A DNA stretch of 54,308 bases, the filler included, from Dirinaria sp. TL-2023a (lineage: Eukaryota): NCBI GenBank assembly GCA_051941275.1. It is 2 parts of 2 records of this genome, joined end to end, with 100 filler letters (N's around TTAATTAATTAA, not from the genome) between each part and the next. Parts side by side here need not be neighbours in the genome. Positions count along the whole stretch, not along the records: positions 27,233 to 54,308 come from JAVEBF010000150.1; 1 more part is not named here. One strand, written 5' to 3'. The translations under genes were made by a program, and so were the position numbers. Of this stretch, positions 36,248-48,352 are shown piece after piece; positions within the stretch are counted from its first letter, which is position 1; each line of letters begins with the position of its first letter. The notes under the pieces are model-generated. The model did not search any database, was not told the DNA's origin, and worked only from the letters and a program-made list of their open reading frames with translations.

Positions 36248-37247
36248 ATGGACTCAGAACCCAGAAAGGCGGATCTCTTTGGAGGCGCAATCACAGCAAA
36301 TTTACCTTCAGGCTTCGGTGATGTCAGGTAAGTCATGATATGCCGATGAGTCTGGCTGTCATCACCATACCTTAATTAATGGCTCCTTCCTTGGCTGTAC
36401 TCGTGTTGCCCCCTGAATTACCTACCAGGCGGATCTATCCGACGTTGATATGCGTTGGCGTTCGGAGTTGAATGTCTGTGCCTTAGAAACTTGCTTTTCT
36501 TACTTACTTCGTATTATCCTTTTCGTCGCTGGCTATCAGCCCTTCTCTGACCTACACTGACTCTTATGTTGATGCCGAAGCACGATCCGTCAGGTACCAG
36601 ACCATCAAGAAGTTTACCTAGCCGTCAACGGCTTTGCGTCAATTGTCGTCGAGATCACAGAAAGGGTTACCCAGCCTCCGACCGATCAAGAAGCTCTAAC
36701 TTATCATTTCAACGAAATCGTTACCTCTGGCGATGAAAGTAAGATATGGGAATCTTCTGCCGTTCAACTCGAGCATCTCCCGTAAGTTTGAGCGCACTCC
36801 TTACTTCTCTTTAAATCAGGAGATGCTGGCGTCTATCGGGCATTCTTGGGCTCGTTATTGTGTATTTTAGATACCTAGACAGCGACTCACGCCACCCTCT
36901 GCAGGCCCATGACCCCGGCTTGGACACTCATCGCCAGGACCAAGCCTGCTGTACCTCCGACTACACCGATGGTACCCACTTCGACTACGATACTTCTGAC
37001 TCTGATAAGGTTGGTTTCAAAGTCTACGGATTTAGTCATCACGATCAACCTTCCCAACATACCTGCCGAGTCAGACACAGAGGTCGTTTCAGTTGCTTCA
37101 TTCACGCTTTCAGGCGAAGAAAGTCGAGAATCAGTGGACTTTGAGAACGGTCACTTTAGCAGTTTTGTGGAAGAAGGGATGAAGGTCAGAGACGAAATAT
37201 TGCGGACCCTACGCATAGAAGATTGGAGCCTTTTTGGAGAAGAATAA
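36248..37247 (+). CDS. MOG1: Ran guanine-nucleotide release factor Mog1, 3 exons
   Basis: LFGGAITANLPSGFGDVS|TIRQVPDHQEVY...SIVVEITERV...LIRLVSKSTDLVITINLP...LRIEDWSLFG. Introns 36328-36580 and 36783-36904. Confidence 0.9.
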
Positions 37248-37632
37248 TCACCATGACGAAAAGGAAGAAAAACAGAGGTTGCAAGTCGAACAGGTGCCCT
37301 CATTCGTGCGATCATGTCCAAGATGGGTATTAGCGGACCCGCAACAACGGGATAGGGACCCTTTGATAAGTAGCTAATGATGTTTGCAAAGAAAAGGCAT
37401 TCTTTTGGCATTAGTAGATAGTAGTATACAAACGATAATTGAGACCGGGGTAGTGACCTGAGCGCACGTGAAACATTTTTAGTGCAGTCTCCCAATCTTC
37501 ACCAACACTCCTGCAATATATATCATACTAAGTAGTAGTGTCAATTGACTGACTGACTGTATTCTATGCGGAGCTCCACATCTTTCTGCAGAAATTACCC
37601 ACACGGCCTCACCTTTTTAAGCAGAGTTTAGT

Positions 37633-38943
37633 ATGACGATTCGTGGTCAGCGGTTTCATATAGACCTGGATTCCGACGACGAGGCTAATGCGCCCAAGCC
37701 CACAATAATACCCGCTCACTCCGGTGGATCTTTTCTTGGTCTGGTTGGCGATATCAAAGAGCGAACTTCATCGCTCGAAGGTGCAATTCCATCACCACCA
37801 AAGCTCAAGAGCACTGAGACAGGTTTTCCATCACACAAGAAGCGCGCCTCATCATCGAGATTTCAACAGCGTCGAAGTGGTCTTTCGGCTAGTAATGGTG
37901 GAGATGTTGGCCCTCCTGGCTCGTCTCAGGCATCCCAAACCAACCTGAACAGCAATGGCTCCACGACGAGTCCACCCTTGGAGCAAGGCAACCTTTTGGC
38001 CGGCAGGGAACACCAGCGGATCGACGAGGAAAATCGAGAGCGCCTTGCGCAGATGACACCAGCGGAGATTGAAGAGGAGAGAGAGGAACTCATGAAGGCA
38101 CTGAAACCTTCACTTATCGAAAGATTACTCAAGAAGGCGACTATCGACGACGGAAGCACCGATCGTGAGCCAGAACCAGAACCAGAACCAGAACCGAAAC
38201 CGGAACCAGTGGACGCAGGGAAAGCAACGGCAGGACCGAAGCGTGTCACCTTCGAAGCGCCTATACCGGCAGACGATCTGGCTCCATCGTCCAAAGATTG
38301 CACCGCGGCTTCAGAAAACCATGACAGTCCTACAACGGAGAAGGAGTCTCCATATTTGAGCATCATGCCTGAGGGAGGCAGTGTGCCTCAGCTTGATCCC
38401 TCGTCGCCGGAGTTTCTTGCTGAGCTTCATGATAAATATTATCCTGAGCTTCCTACTAATCCATCCGCTCTATCTTGGATGCAACCGCTCCCAAAGACTT
38501 CTTCCTATGATCCGTCCGCAGAATCTGTATCCGCTGCTGCCATACGCTTCGACTTCCGCGGACACATTTTGCCTCCACGCCTGTCCTCTCAATTGCCCTC
38601 GACAATGGGCCTTCATCACCATGCTCACGCACCTTCTTCCGCGGGATACACCATCCCGGAGCTCGCGCACTTAGCACGCAGCACCTTTCCCGCTCAAAGA
38701 TGCATCGCGATGCAGACGCTCGGACGGATCCTATACCGACTAGGACGGGGCGATTTTGGACCGGCGGAGGAGGATCTTTGCGAAGGTCTGTGGCAGGAGA
38801 TGGAAAGGGGTAGAGTAATTGATATACTGATCGAGGTTGCCGCTGGCAATGGTGAAAAGGGAAGCAGGAGTGTATGGGTCACGGCTACTGAGGCTGTGTG
38901 GCTTTGGAGAAAGGGGGGAGGCAGAAGGTGGACAGGACGATAA
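37633..38943 (+). CDS. RBA50: RNA polymerase II assembly factor Rba50/RPAP1-like
   Basis: RPAP1_N motif IDEENRERLAQMTPAEIEEEREEL and RPAP1_C motif RFDFRG...GLHHHAHAPSSAGYTIPELAHLARSTFPAQRCIAMQTLGRI. Confidence 0.9.
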   Translation: MTIRGQRFHIDLDSDDEANAPKPTIIPAHSGGSFLGLVGDIKERTSSLEGAIPSPPKLKSTETGFPSHKKRASSSRFQQRRSGLSASNGGDVGPPGSSQASQTNLNSNGSTTSPPLEQGNLLAGREHQRIDEENRERLAQMTPAEIEEEREELMKALKPSLIERLLKKATIDDGSTDREPEPEPEPEPKPEPVDAGKATAGPKRVTFEAPIPADDLAPSSKDCTAASENHDSPTTEKESPYLSIMPEGGSVPQLDPSSPEFLAELHDKYYPELPTNPSALSWMQPLPKTSSYDPSAESVSAAAIRFDFRGHILPPRLSSQLPSTMGLHHHAHAPSSAGYTIPELAHLARSTFPAQRCIAMQTLGRILYRLGRGDFGPAEEDLCEGLWQEMERGRVIDILIEVAAGNGEKGSRSVWVTATEAVWLWRKGGGRRWTGR

Positions 38944-39067
38944 AACGTGGGTATGATCCAGGAACTTCTGCGCCTTCCACTATAAGGAGCAAATTATATT
39001 GCTCTCTCAATAATCCTTTTGCTATTGAAGAGCCTTGCCCCGAGCCCCGTAACGCCTTGCGTAATTG

Positions 39068-39958
39068 TTATGATCCACGACCTCTAAAGCCACCTGAGGG
39101 TCTCGAGAAGTTGGGATTGCCACCTCGTGGGCCTGCACGGCCTCCCACAAAACTGCCTCTGCCTCCTCTTCCCCCTCTACTCCCTCTGTCACCGAAAGTT
39201 CCCCTACCCCTAGGTGCCCCTCTGCCAGCTCCTCGATTTCCACCTCTACCTCCCCTTGCTGGACCTCCCCTTGAAGCACCACCTGCTCTCTTAGGTTTTG
39301 CTGCGCCTGCAAAGCAGTCAGTATAATACCAGAAGCTCCACGGAATGACGAACCAGGCGGGGGTTTAGGCTTTGGCAGGAACCTGTCATGAGTCAGCGTA
39401 AAGCTGCAAAATTCCATTGCCCTGCATACTTCTCTAATGGCAACAGCTTGTCGCCGCCAATGTAGAACTTATCTCCGCTTTTGAAAGACGTAGCCACGAT
39501 GCCTTCTTGAGGTTTGATGGTGAAGAAAACTTGGTTGATTGGTCCCAGGATCTCGTCTACTTTACCAATGGCAGTCTGAATTCTCGTTATTGGAGAATTT
39601 CGGTGGATGTGGTCCCAACAAAGCGTACCTTATTTTCCAGGTATATCGGAGCATTGAAATATGGTATTTTCGGGTTGTTTGACTCGCAAACCATCTCCCC
39701 TTCGCAAGCATGAACGAAAGAGCCCATTTCTGCCAGATCAGCATAAATGGTAGAGTTGACAATATTTTCGAATACCTAAAACCGCTGCTGGAGGTCCATA
39801 GGACTGCTGGAAACCTCCTCGTCCTGGGCCCACAGATTATCAGTCAAATATCTGCCAAGCTGGCAATTGGACTGACCACCACGCGATCCAGAACTGCCTC
39901 CAGCTCGACCGCCACCATAACTTCCGCCACGCCCTCTTTGGGCTCCTCTATATGACAT
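39068..39958 (-). CDS. GAR1: H/ACA snoRNP subunit Gar1, multi-exon
   Basis: RGG-rich ends; core [17 protein letters not shown]...[35 protein letters not shown]...[16 protein letters not shown]. Stop TAA at 39068-39070. Confidence 0.95.
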
Positions 39959-40139
39959 TATGCTGCTCGAACGAATTGAAGATTCGCTTTGTGGATCGCC
40001 GAAATGTGACGGTATATGTTACGATACTGAGTGTATTGAGGCCGTTAGCGCCACGGTTAAATTACCCTATTCTCTCCTCGAGGGTCGAAGAAGTTTACAC
40101 TTAAAAGTTTGTTATCGCTACAATCTACATGAAAGAATA

Positions 40140-42736
40140 ATGGACGTACATAAAAAGCAAGTGACTTCTGAAGCCGGCAAATCGGGGAAGGAATTGCCTT
40201 TCCGTCCAAGGGGTTCGTCCTTGAAAGACGGAGCCTCTAAAAATGACTCACCCCCTAAAAGTCTGAAGAACTCTGAAAATATGAAGGGGCCCAATCCGCA
40301 AGTGAAGAGTGTAGATGGAAAAGCTACAAAGGCAGAATCAGGTTCGAAGCAAATGAGCTCTAATACAAGCGAAATGTCGTCTCTACCAGATTTTATCATC
40401 AAACGCAACGAGCTGTTCGATGAGTTGAAGCGTAAGCGTGATGCGGAAGTTCTAGAGAAAGATCACCCAGTGATCAACGTCGTCCTGGATTTGGGTGTTG
40501 ACATGGCAGGTAAAGTAAGACCGGCAATGCCAGTAGCGGCTAAGGCTTGGGAATCTACTCCTGGATCGTTTCTTCGTCATCTTGACAAAGATATTACTAG
40601 CGATGTCGTGATAGCCAAAGTCAACGGGAAAGAACTTTGGGACCTTGACCGCCCATTAGAATTTGATTGTCGAGTCAGCTACCTGCCGTTTACTTCCGCT
40701 GAAGGTAGGAACGTCTTCTGGCATTCCAGTGCGCACGTTCTAGGAGAAGCGGCAGAATGCCAATATCATTGTCTATTGTCCCACGGTCCGCCTGTCGAAC
40801 AAGGCTTCTTCTATGACATGGCTCTTGCAGACGGGTAGGAGTTCGTCTCATGTGCGTTGGCCATGCTTTTACTGAAAGCTTGTAGGCAAGTGGTCAAGGA
40901 AAATGATTGGCCACCATTGGAGGGCAAAGCTTCAAAATTTTTTAAAGACAAACAACCCTTCGAGAGGCTACATGTCTCCTTGCCAGACCTCAAAAGAATG
41001 TTCGGCTATAGCAAGTACAAAATGTACTACATCGAGAACTTGCTACCGCCGGAGGGGAGTACGGTCTACAAGTGTGGGTCACTCGTGGATTTGTGTCTGG
41101 GCCCGCACATTCAGAATACTGGCAAGATAAAGGCATTCCAGATAATGAAGGTCAAAAGCCCAACGCTCATTATTCACCATTAGCGCTTACCTATCATAGA
41201 ACTCATCATGCTATTTCCGTAGCGACAAAGATGACGACTCACTACAGAGGATATACGGTGTAGCGTTTCCAGACAAGAAGCAAATGACGGAGCACAAAAA
41301 GCTTCTTGAGGAGGCAGCAAAGCGGGACCACAGACGACTCGGCATTGAGCAAGACCTTTTCTTTTTTAATGAAATGTCTCCTGGTGCTGTGTTTCTCCTT
41401 CCAAACGGCACTATCATATTCAATGCTCTTCAAAAACTACTACGATCAGAATACCAGAGGCGGGGCTATCAAGAAGTTCAATCCCCCAATATGTACGATG
41501 TAGAATTGTGGAAGACATCAGGTCACTGGCAGCACTACCAGGACGACATGTTCGCCCTCGAAATAGAGAAGAGAAAGTGGGCTTTGAAGCCGATGAATTG
41601 TCCAGGGCACTGTGTGATGTTCAGGCATCGAGAGAGGAGCTACCGAGAACTTCCACTACGCATGGCAGACTTTGGGGTACTACATCGCAACGAGGCGTCT
41701 GGCGCGCTCAATGGGCTCACGAGAGTGCGCAAGTTCCAACAAGACGACGCTCATATCTTTTGCACCCAAGATCAGGCATGTATCCTGGAAGTCCGGAAAG
41801 ACGGGTTTGGCTAACAATTTCAAAGATTAAACCCGAAATCGAAGGTCTATTTGACTTTTTAAGAACAATATATGGACTGTTCGGATTTCCATTCAAACTC
41901 AAGCTGTCCACAAGGCCTGAGAAATTCCTAGGGAACATTGAAACGTGGAACGTAGCGGAAGAAAAGCTCAAAGACGCTCTGGATGCATTCACGGCTTCTG
42001 GTGGTGGTCAGTGGGAGCTTAATGAAGGCGATGGCGCTTTCTACGGGCCTAAGATCGACATCACTATCTCGGATGCCCTGAAACGAGATTGGCAATGCGC
42101 AACCATCCAACTAGACTTCCAGCTGCCCCAGAACTTTGAATTGGAATTCATGACAGGCGATGCCACCGGAAAACCAGCAGCAGGCACGGAAACGGAGGCC
42201 AAACCCGACGGCCCAGCTACACCGTCAGCAGGCCCGAAGCAACCAGGTCCCGGGCGTGCGCGTCCGGTGATGGTGCATCGGGCTATCGTGGGCAGCTTTG
42301 AGCGTTTCATGGCAATCTTGACTGAGCACTTCGCGGGGAAGTGGCCGTTTTGGTTGAGCCCACGCCAGGTCTTGGTCATTCCGGTGATGCCAGCCGTCAA
42401 CGATTATGTGGAAGAGGTACAGCGATTATTGAGAGGGCAAAAGATGCATGCCGACGTTGACATCAGCGGGAACACGATGCAGAAGAAAATCAGGACAGGG
42501 CAGCTGCAACAATACAATTTCATCTTTGGTATGTTCTCCCCAATACTTGCACCAGCACGACCAGACTGACAGTGTCATCAGTGGTGGGGGCACAAGAAAA
42601 AGGGTCACGTTCGGTGAACATTCGAAATCGAGACGATCAGGAGACGCAGAGCAAAGGAGAGCTGATACCCTTGGATGAAGCAGTTCGGAAGTTGAAGGCG
42701 TTGAAAAAGGAGCGCAGGCTTGTCAACCAAATCTAG
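40140..42736 (+). CDS. THS1: Threonyl-tRNA synthetase (eukaryotic cytosolic type), multi-exon
   Basis: TGS (LWDLDRPLE), editing FWHSSAH and DLCLGPH, catalytic [56 protein letters not shown]. Start at 40140 preferred over the in-frame ATG at 39960. Confidence 0.95.
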
Positions 42737-43595
42737 AGTGGTACTGCTATCGAGAGTAACGTAGTCTGCTACCTTTAAATCTTTATTGGAAGATAGAGTA
42801 GCAGAGTAAGGTAGTAGTAGCTCTGGATGACAGTTTTGACCTTTTTGTTACCGCGGTAAAAAAATCATGATAGATAGAATTCAGGGTTGAAAACGGGAAA
42901 TTAAGCAACCAATCATGCGAGTGCTGTGCTGTCAATGATTGGGACCCCCCTCCGCCTCGGGTGGGGATGACGAAATGGGGGCCCCTCGGGCTGCTTGCTG
43001 GGGTGGCGCTAAACTTGAAGCTATTACCTCTACTCTCTACCTTACCTATCGAGAGGAAATTACCTTGAGCAACAACCAACTTCCACCCCTCCCCTTTCCA
43101 TCTTCGAGGATACTTCTCCCCTCGACAGCTTTCAGCTGATACAGTACCCTTTTTTATGTCAGCCCATTTCTGCGTCAACTCACATATCCTCCCACCGAAA
43201 GTCGTCGCTGGCTCCCATTGGCGCTGATTCTCCGCAGTGCACGTGAAGCCGAAGGCGAAACCGAAGCTCTCTCGCTTGCCAAGACGTCGCATCCCACTGG
43301 CTTATTCCGACTTACCTTACGCTTTTGCTGCGCTGTAGTATACCTTACAGTATTCTTTCGCGACTGGTATCACATCTTTTTGCTACGACAAGTGTCTGCT
43401 GGGTATTCTGGGCGTCAGTAGCCACTCGCATACCGCCGTCGACAGCAAAGGCCCGCCAACTACGTGACTTGGCTTGCTGACGTAGTAACTATACAGCTCT
43501 CCCTACGCCAACTTTTGCACAGCATATAAGTGGATCGTCTAAGTGTCATTCACACAAGCGATACTAGTCATTCCGTCCCACCCTTTTGGTCGGAC

Positions 43596-46552
43596 ATGGC
43601 GAGTGAAGCAGCGGGTATCACACATGGGGCGCCGAACGAAGCATCTCCCTTGTCCAAATCAGAAGAGCAAAGGCAGCATGGCGAGTTGGACGAAGATTTT
43701 GACGCTGGTGCGACCCAACAAGGCTCCTCAACCTTGGGAGGTGATTCAAGTGGAGGCCTACGCCGCGGCAATTCTACCATGTCCCAATCGCACACTTTGA
43801 CCCCGTCGCGCGGTGGCACCCTTAAGAAGAAGCAGTCGCTCAAGAAGAAAGGTAGTCTGAGGCGAAGTGCAAGTGGCAAGAGTAGCCGCCCTGGTAGTAT
43901 CAGAAGTTTTCGAAGTGACCAGGAGACCTATGCCGGAGATCATGGAGAGATGAACAATGCTTTTTTCACCCCCGTACCGACTACAGGGAGTCCCACTGAG
44001 ATTCTGGCCAACAGGTTTCAAGGTATGTATTGTCTAAATGCGATCGGAGCAAGAGGCATTCGGCTAATTCGTCTCATATTGCAGCATGGCGAAAAGTGCT
44101 TAAAGATTTAATAACCTACTTCCGCGATATTCAAAAGTCCTATGAAACGCGGTCGAAGTCGCTTTATACACTCTCCAACGTCATCAACAACATCAGCGCC
44201 CCTCCGGTACTCCTCAGCGAGGGCGGAATTGGCGATGCGACGCATATCTTGCGCGATTACCACAAGCAGTCCATCAACGAAGGAAACAAGGCTAAAACTT
44301 TGGAAGAAGATGTCGTTGTACAACTCACAGGGCTTCGCAGTGACCTCGCACAAAAGATCAAAGAGATTAAGAGCTTGTCCGGAGACTTCAAAAATAATGT
44401 TGACAAAGAGACGGAAGCCACACGGAGAGCTGTACGTGATCTGCAGGAAGCTCTAGGCATTGCCGAAACAGATCCGCACGCTTCTTCGGGAAAAGGTGAT
44501 CCCTACATCGTCAAACTTGGAGTCGATCGCCAGGTAGAGAGGCAGATCGAAGAAGAGAATTATCTCCATAGGGTAAGGCTTAATGTTCAACTAAAAGCAA
44601 TCGATAGCTGATAAAGATTCTCAGGCTTTTCTCAATCTGGAAAGCTCTGGTAGAGAGCTTGAATCAATCGTCGTTGGTGAGATTCAGAAAGCCTACAATG
44701 TCTACGCAGGTATCCTTGGTCGCGAAGCAGACGAGGCATATGAGGCTGTCGAGAAGCTGCGGACGGGTCCAATCGCAATGCCGAGGGACCATGAGTGGGA
44801 TTCTTTCGTTGACAAGAATGAACACTTTGTTGATCCTAAGCTCCCGGTCCGTCGAGTAGAGAACATCACATACCCCGGAAAAGACAACCCAGCAGCGTTA
44901 GAGGTCAAGTCTGGTATGCTAGAGCGTAAGAGCAAGTACTTGAAAAGCTATACCCCTGGTTGGTAAGTTAAGTCTGGCAGATTCGTCATCGAATGCTTTT
45001 ATCTGACTTGCCTAGGTACGTCCTGTCGCCAACACACCTGCATGAATTTAAGTCACCAGACCATATCTCGTCGCAATCGCCGGTCATGTCGCTATATCTT
45101 CGGGATCAGAAGCTGGGCTCCCACTCGGCTGCTGATTCCTCATCACACAAATTCATGCTGAAAGGACGTCAGACGGGTGGAATGCACCGCGGTCACTCAT
45201 GGGTGTTCCGGGCTGAGTCGTATGATACCATGATGGCTTGGTTTGAGGATATCAAAAACCTTACCGAAAAGACCGGCGCTGAGCGCAACGCATTCATCCG
45301 CCAACATGCACGAAGCGCGAGCGCTGGTAGCCAGAAAGCTGGGTCCATCAGTAGTGAAGGCGCTATGGACGAAGACGAGGCTGATGCAGTTCCCTATTCC
45401 GCGACAGCCTCACAGATTGACCCGGAGACATTGCAGCAGGAAAAACGAGCGGAGCGACCCAATCCAGGTGGGCGTTTCCCGAGTGCTTTAAACATCAATC
45501 GAGACTCACAAGTTCCTGTTTCACCATCTAGCCCATCAAGCTCCGGCGATCGAGATGTCGTAGCAGCAGCCGGCCTCCCAGGTTCTGGTGTACCTTTCGG
45601 TCAGTCCGGGCAACAGGTGCAAACTGGCGACGATGAAGCACACGAAAGTGGTGAGATCGCAGGGGCTGTTGGACAACCCTCCAATTACTATGCCAATTCC
45701 CCGGTTGAGAGATCTCATCGTAGGTCGCCAAGTCGTGAGGCAGCTCTGGCGCCTATGCATGAGGACGATGGTGTGCCCGCCGGAAATCGTCAGCAGAGCG
45801 ATGACTTCGTTCAACAGGGTATGAAACCTTTGGTTTCAGATGCACCCGAAAGTGGAGCTCCTGTACAGGCTCAAGGTGTGAGCTCCGACGAGCCTGGTGC
45901 CGTGGCCTACGCTACGCCACATGCCCAACAACAGCCGCCAGCGGCTGTTCCAAGATCCCTCCCTCATTCTGTTGAGAGACACGACAGTCAGTATGGTGAC
46001 TGGATGGCTCCAGCTGCGGCTGGGTTTGGAGGCGCGGCCGTTGGAGCTGCTACTGTTGAGGCATACCGCAAAAATCAGCAAGTGGCCAAGGCGCCGGAGC
46101 AAAACATTGATCAACCCTCTCCGGCGACACAGACCGAACCAGTGTACCCCACAACCAATTCGACACATCCATTGCCAGATAATGCTGCTTGGGCTGGAGG
46201 TCCTACAGTAGCACCGGTGCTCCCAATAATTGGTGACTCCCCTGAAGATCCATTTGGTTCAAGACGGCCTTCCGAGACTTTGCAACAAGTACCTGGCAAT
46301 GATACCCATGCGGGGCCAACGCATGCAGCACCTGGTCTAGCGTCTACTGGAGCCTACAATGCCGAGTCCGTGGAGTCTAGAGTTCCGGACACAGTGACCG
46401 AGGAGGCGCAAACGCCAGGGGGAACATTGAAAGATCCAGCTGCGCCTATCAAGGCACTAGCGGCCAGGCCTCCTTTTGAAGCTCGCCCAAGTGCGACGAC
46501 CATTAGTGATCTACATGTCCCTGGCGAATTTCCTAAAAAGGATGTCGCATGA
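43596..46552 (+). CDS. BAR-PH domain protein Slm1/Slm2-like, 4 exons
   Basis: TPVPTTGSPTEILANRFQ|AWRKVLKDLI; PH domain SGMLERKSKYLKSYTPGW|YVLSPTHLHEFKS...HSWVFRAESYDTMMAWF; C-terminal TISDLHVPGEFP. Confidence 0.88.
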
Positions 46553-46851
46553 CGGGGGGCATTGCGATTCGGAGCCGTACCTTAGTAAACAAGACTGTAG
46601 CAGATTGTCGCTTTATGCACGCTTGGAGGGCTCGAATTGGTTTGACCTCGTCATATCCTGTCTCACACGCATCGCTGTCCACCGGCACTGTACTATAATT
46701 TAGCTTTAATCCTTGTCTTTGATTATGTACAATTTTCTATACGTCACAACCATCATTCGCAACTGTAGCATGCAGTCAAAGGTATAGAGACCCTGCATCT
46801 TGGCAGATCGTGCGGAGTAATTGCAACACCATCCGGCGCCCACAGATATGA

Positions 46852-47698
46852 TCAATAGGGATGGCGAGGTACATCGATCCCGTAGTTCTGCTTGATCCTC
46901 TCACGACGCCTTTCTTCGTATCCGGGACCATATATACCTTCACAGACTGTCAGTCCCCATTGCCTCATTTGGTATGTAGTACTGATTTACCTCGTCCCTC
47001 GCCCAATTGCTCAATGGTCTCATGCAGAGGCCGTCTCCTCGTAGTCCGTAGCATCTCCTTATGTTCGTATTCGTCGCGTTCAGGGTCCATCCCGTACCCG
47101 AAGAGGGAGCCTCCGGTGTAATCGAAGACACCCTGCGCTATGGCGGATACAGAGCCAAGGCCCAGTACATAAGGGATCGTTCGGACTATATCGCCTTTTA
47201 GTGATTGTTACAAAAGCTCGGCGATGTTGCGAAAGGGAGGCCGAACATTTCAACCCTCCCACCGCTCCAGCGAAGAAGCCTCCGATCGCCGGATTCCAGC
47301 TGTCGTCCTTTTCCCGAAGATTCGCGGCCGCGATCCGTGTGAATTCGAAAGAGCCTCCTATTGCAGCTATATATAGATAAGCCGCGGACGGATTGATTAG
47401 CTTTGGCTCTCTCTCTCTCCCTTTCTCTTGGGTGCAGCTTTGATCCGGGAGTCAAAGGTATAGAAAACCCACCAAAGCTCGCTGTGGTTCCTCCGTAGCG
47501 TGTGAGCACTCCCCAGGCTCCGATGTTCTGCCTCGTCAATGCGTTCTGCACAGCCGAGAAGAAGAGTCCCAGAGCGCCCATGGCACCAGTCATCTTGATC
47601 GTGCTGCCGATCAAATCTTTGAATTCATATGGTGGGGCTTCAGGCCGTCGGGCATCGCGGTATCTATTGGCGGGGATGCCAAATGGGGGACTCGCCAT
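46852..47698 (-). CDS. NADH:ubiquinone oxidoreductase 21.3 kDa subunit (NDUFA11-like, Tim17/22 family), multi-exon
   Basis: GLFFSAVQNALTRQNIGAWGVLTRYGGT, ANLREKDDSWNPAIGGFFAG, FDYTGGSL, RRPLHETIEQLGEGR|GIYGPGYEERRRERIKQNYGIDV. Confidence 0.88.
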
Positions 47699-48352
47699 GC
47701 TGAAGGACCATCAAGAAAATTATTGACTCCAAGGGAGCAAGAGAAAGGATAGGACGGTTGGCCGGCACCAAGATACTACATGTACCCTGCCTGATAGATA
47801 ATGTTCATAAATGTACCTACCTTACTTGACTCACCCCAACCTTCGGCCTGGCGGGTATAGAAGCTTTCCCTAAGCGCTTAGATGCAATTACCCGCTATAA
47901 ACGCGCGGAAATGCATTACGTGTTTGGCAGTCCTATATCAGGCTTGGCAGTGATGTATAAAAAAAGAATTAACATAAAGAGACATGTTTGCTGTTATCTG
48001 TAATATTCGACAGTGCAGCTTCCTTTTGATATATCTGCGTATTTAAAAACATATGTATTATTATGTTGCTGCATTATTCTTCGGTTGGGAAGGTCCGACT
48101 CGTTCCACGGAGTGTTCATGATGATGTCGTCGCCTACATAATCAACTGCATTAGCCTATAAAGTGAGCTTTAGAGCAACAAGATTCCTCTCCAGCATTGT
48201 ACCATATGACCAAGGCAACCTGTCCACAGCTGCTTCCGAGCCTTGCATAGTTCAAGAAGCTTCTTTAAGCCGTAGAAGCCTGCCATTTCCATTCCATACT
48301 GCACTTTAGTCGAAGAGGAGATGGTGCATTAGAAGTCGAGAGGAAGCTCAAG

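Noticed and set aside
38167..38208. GAACCA tandem repeat
   Set aside because: Simply encodes an EPEPEP linker inside RBA50.
38898..39326. Pro/Leu-rich 142-aa plus-strand ORF
   Set aside because: Antisense shadow of the GAR1 RGG-coding exon; most other overlapping ORFs in the track are similar shadows or intron read-throughs.
40140..42736. ThrRS as a self-resistance gene of a secondary-metabolite cluster
   Set aside because: No PKS, NRPS, terpene synthase or tailoring genes in the window; neighbours are housekeeping genes.
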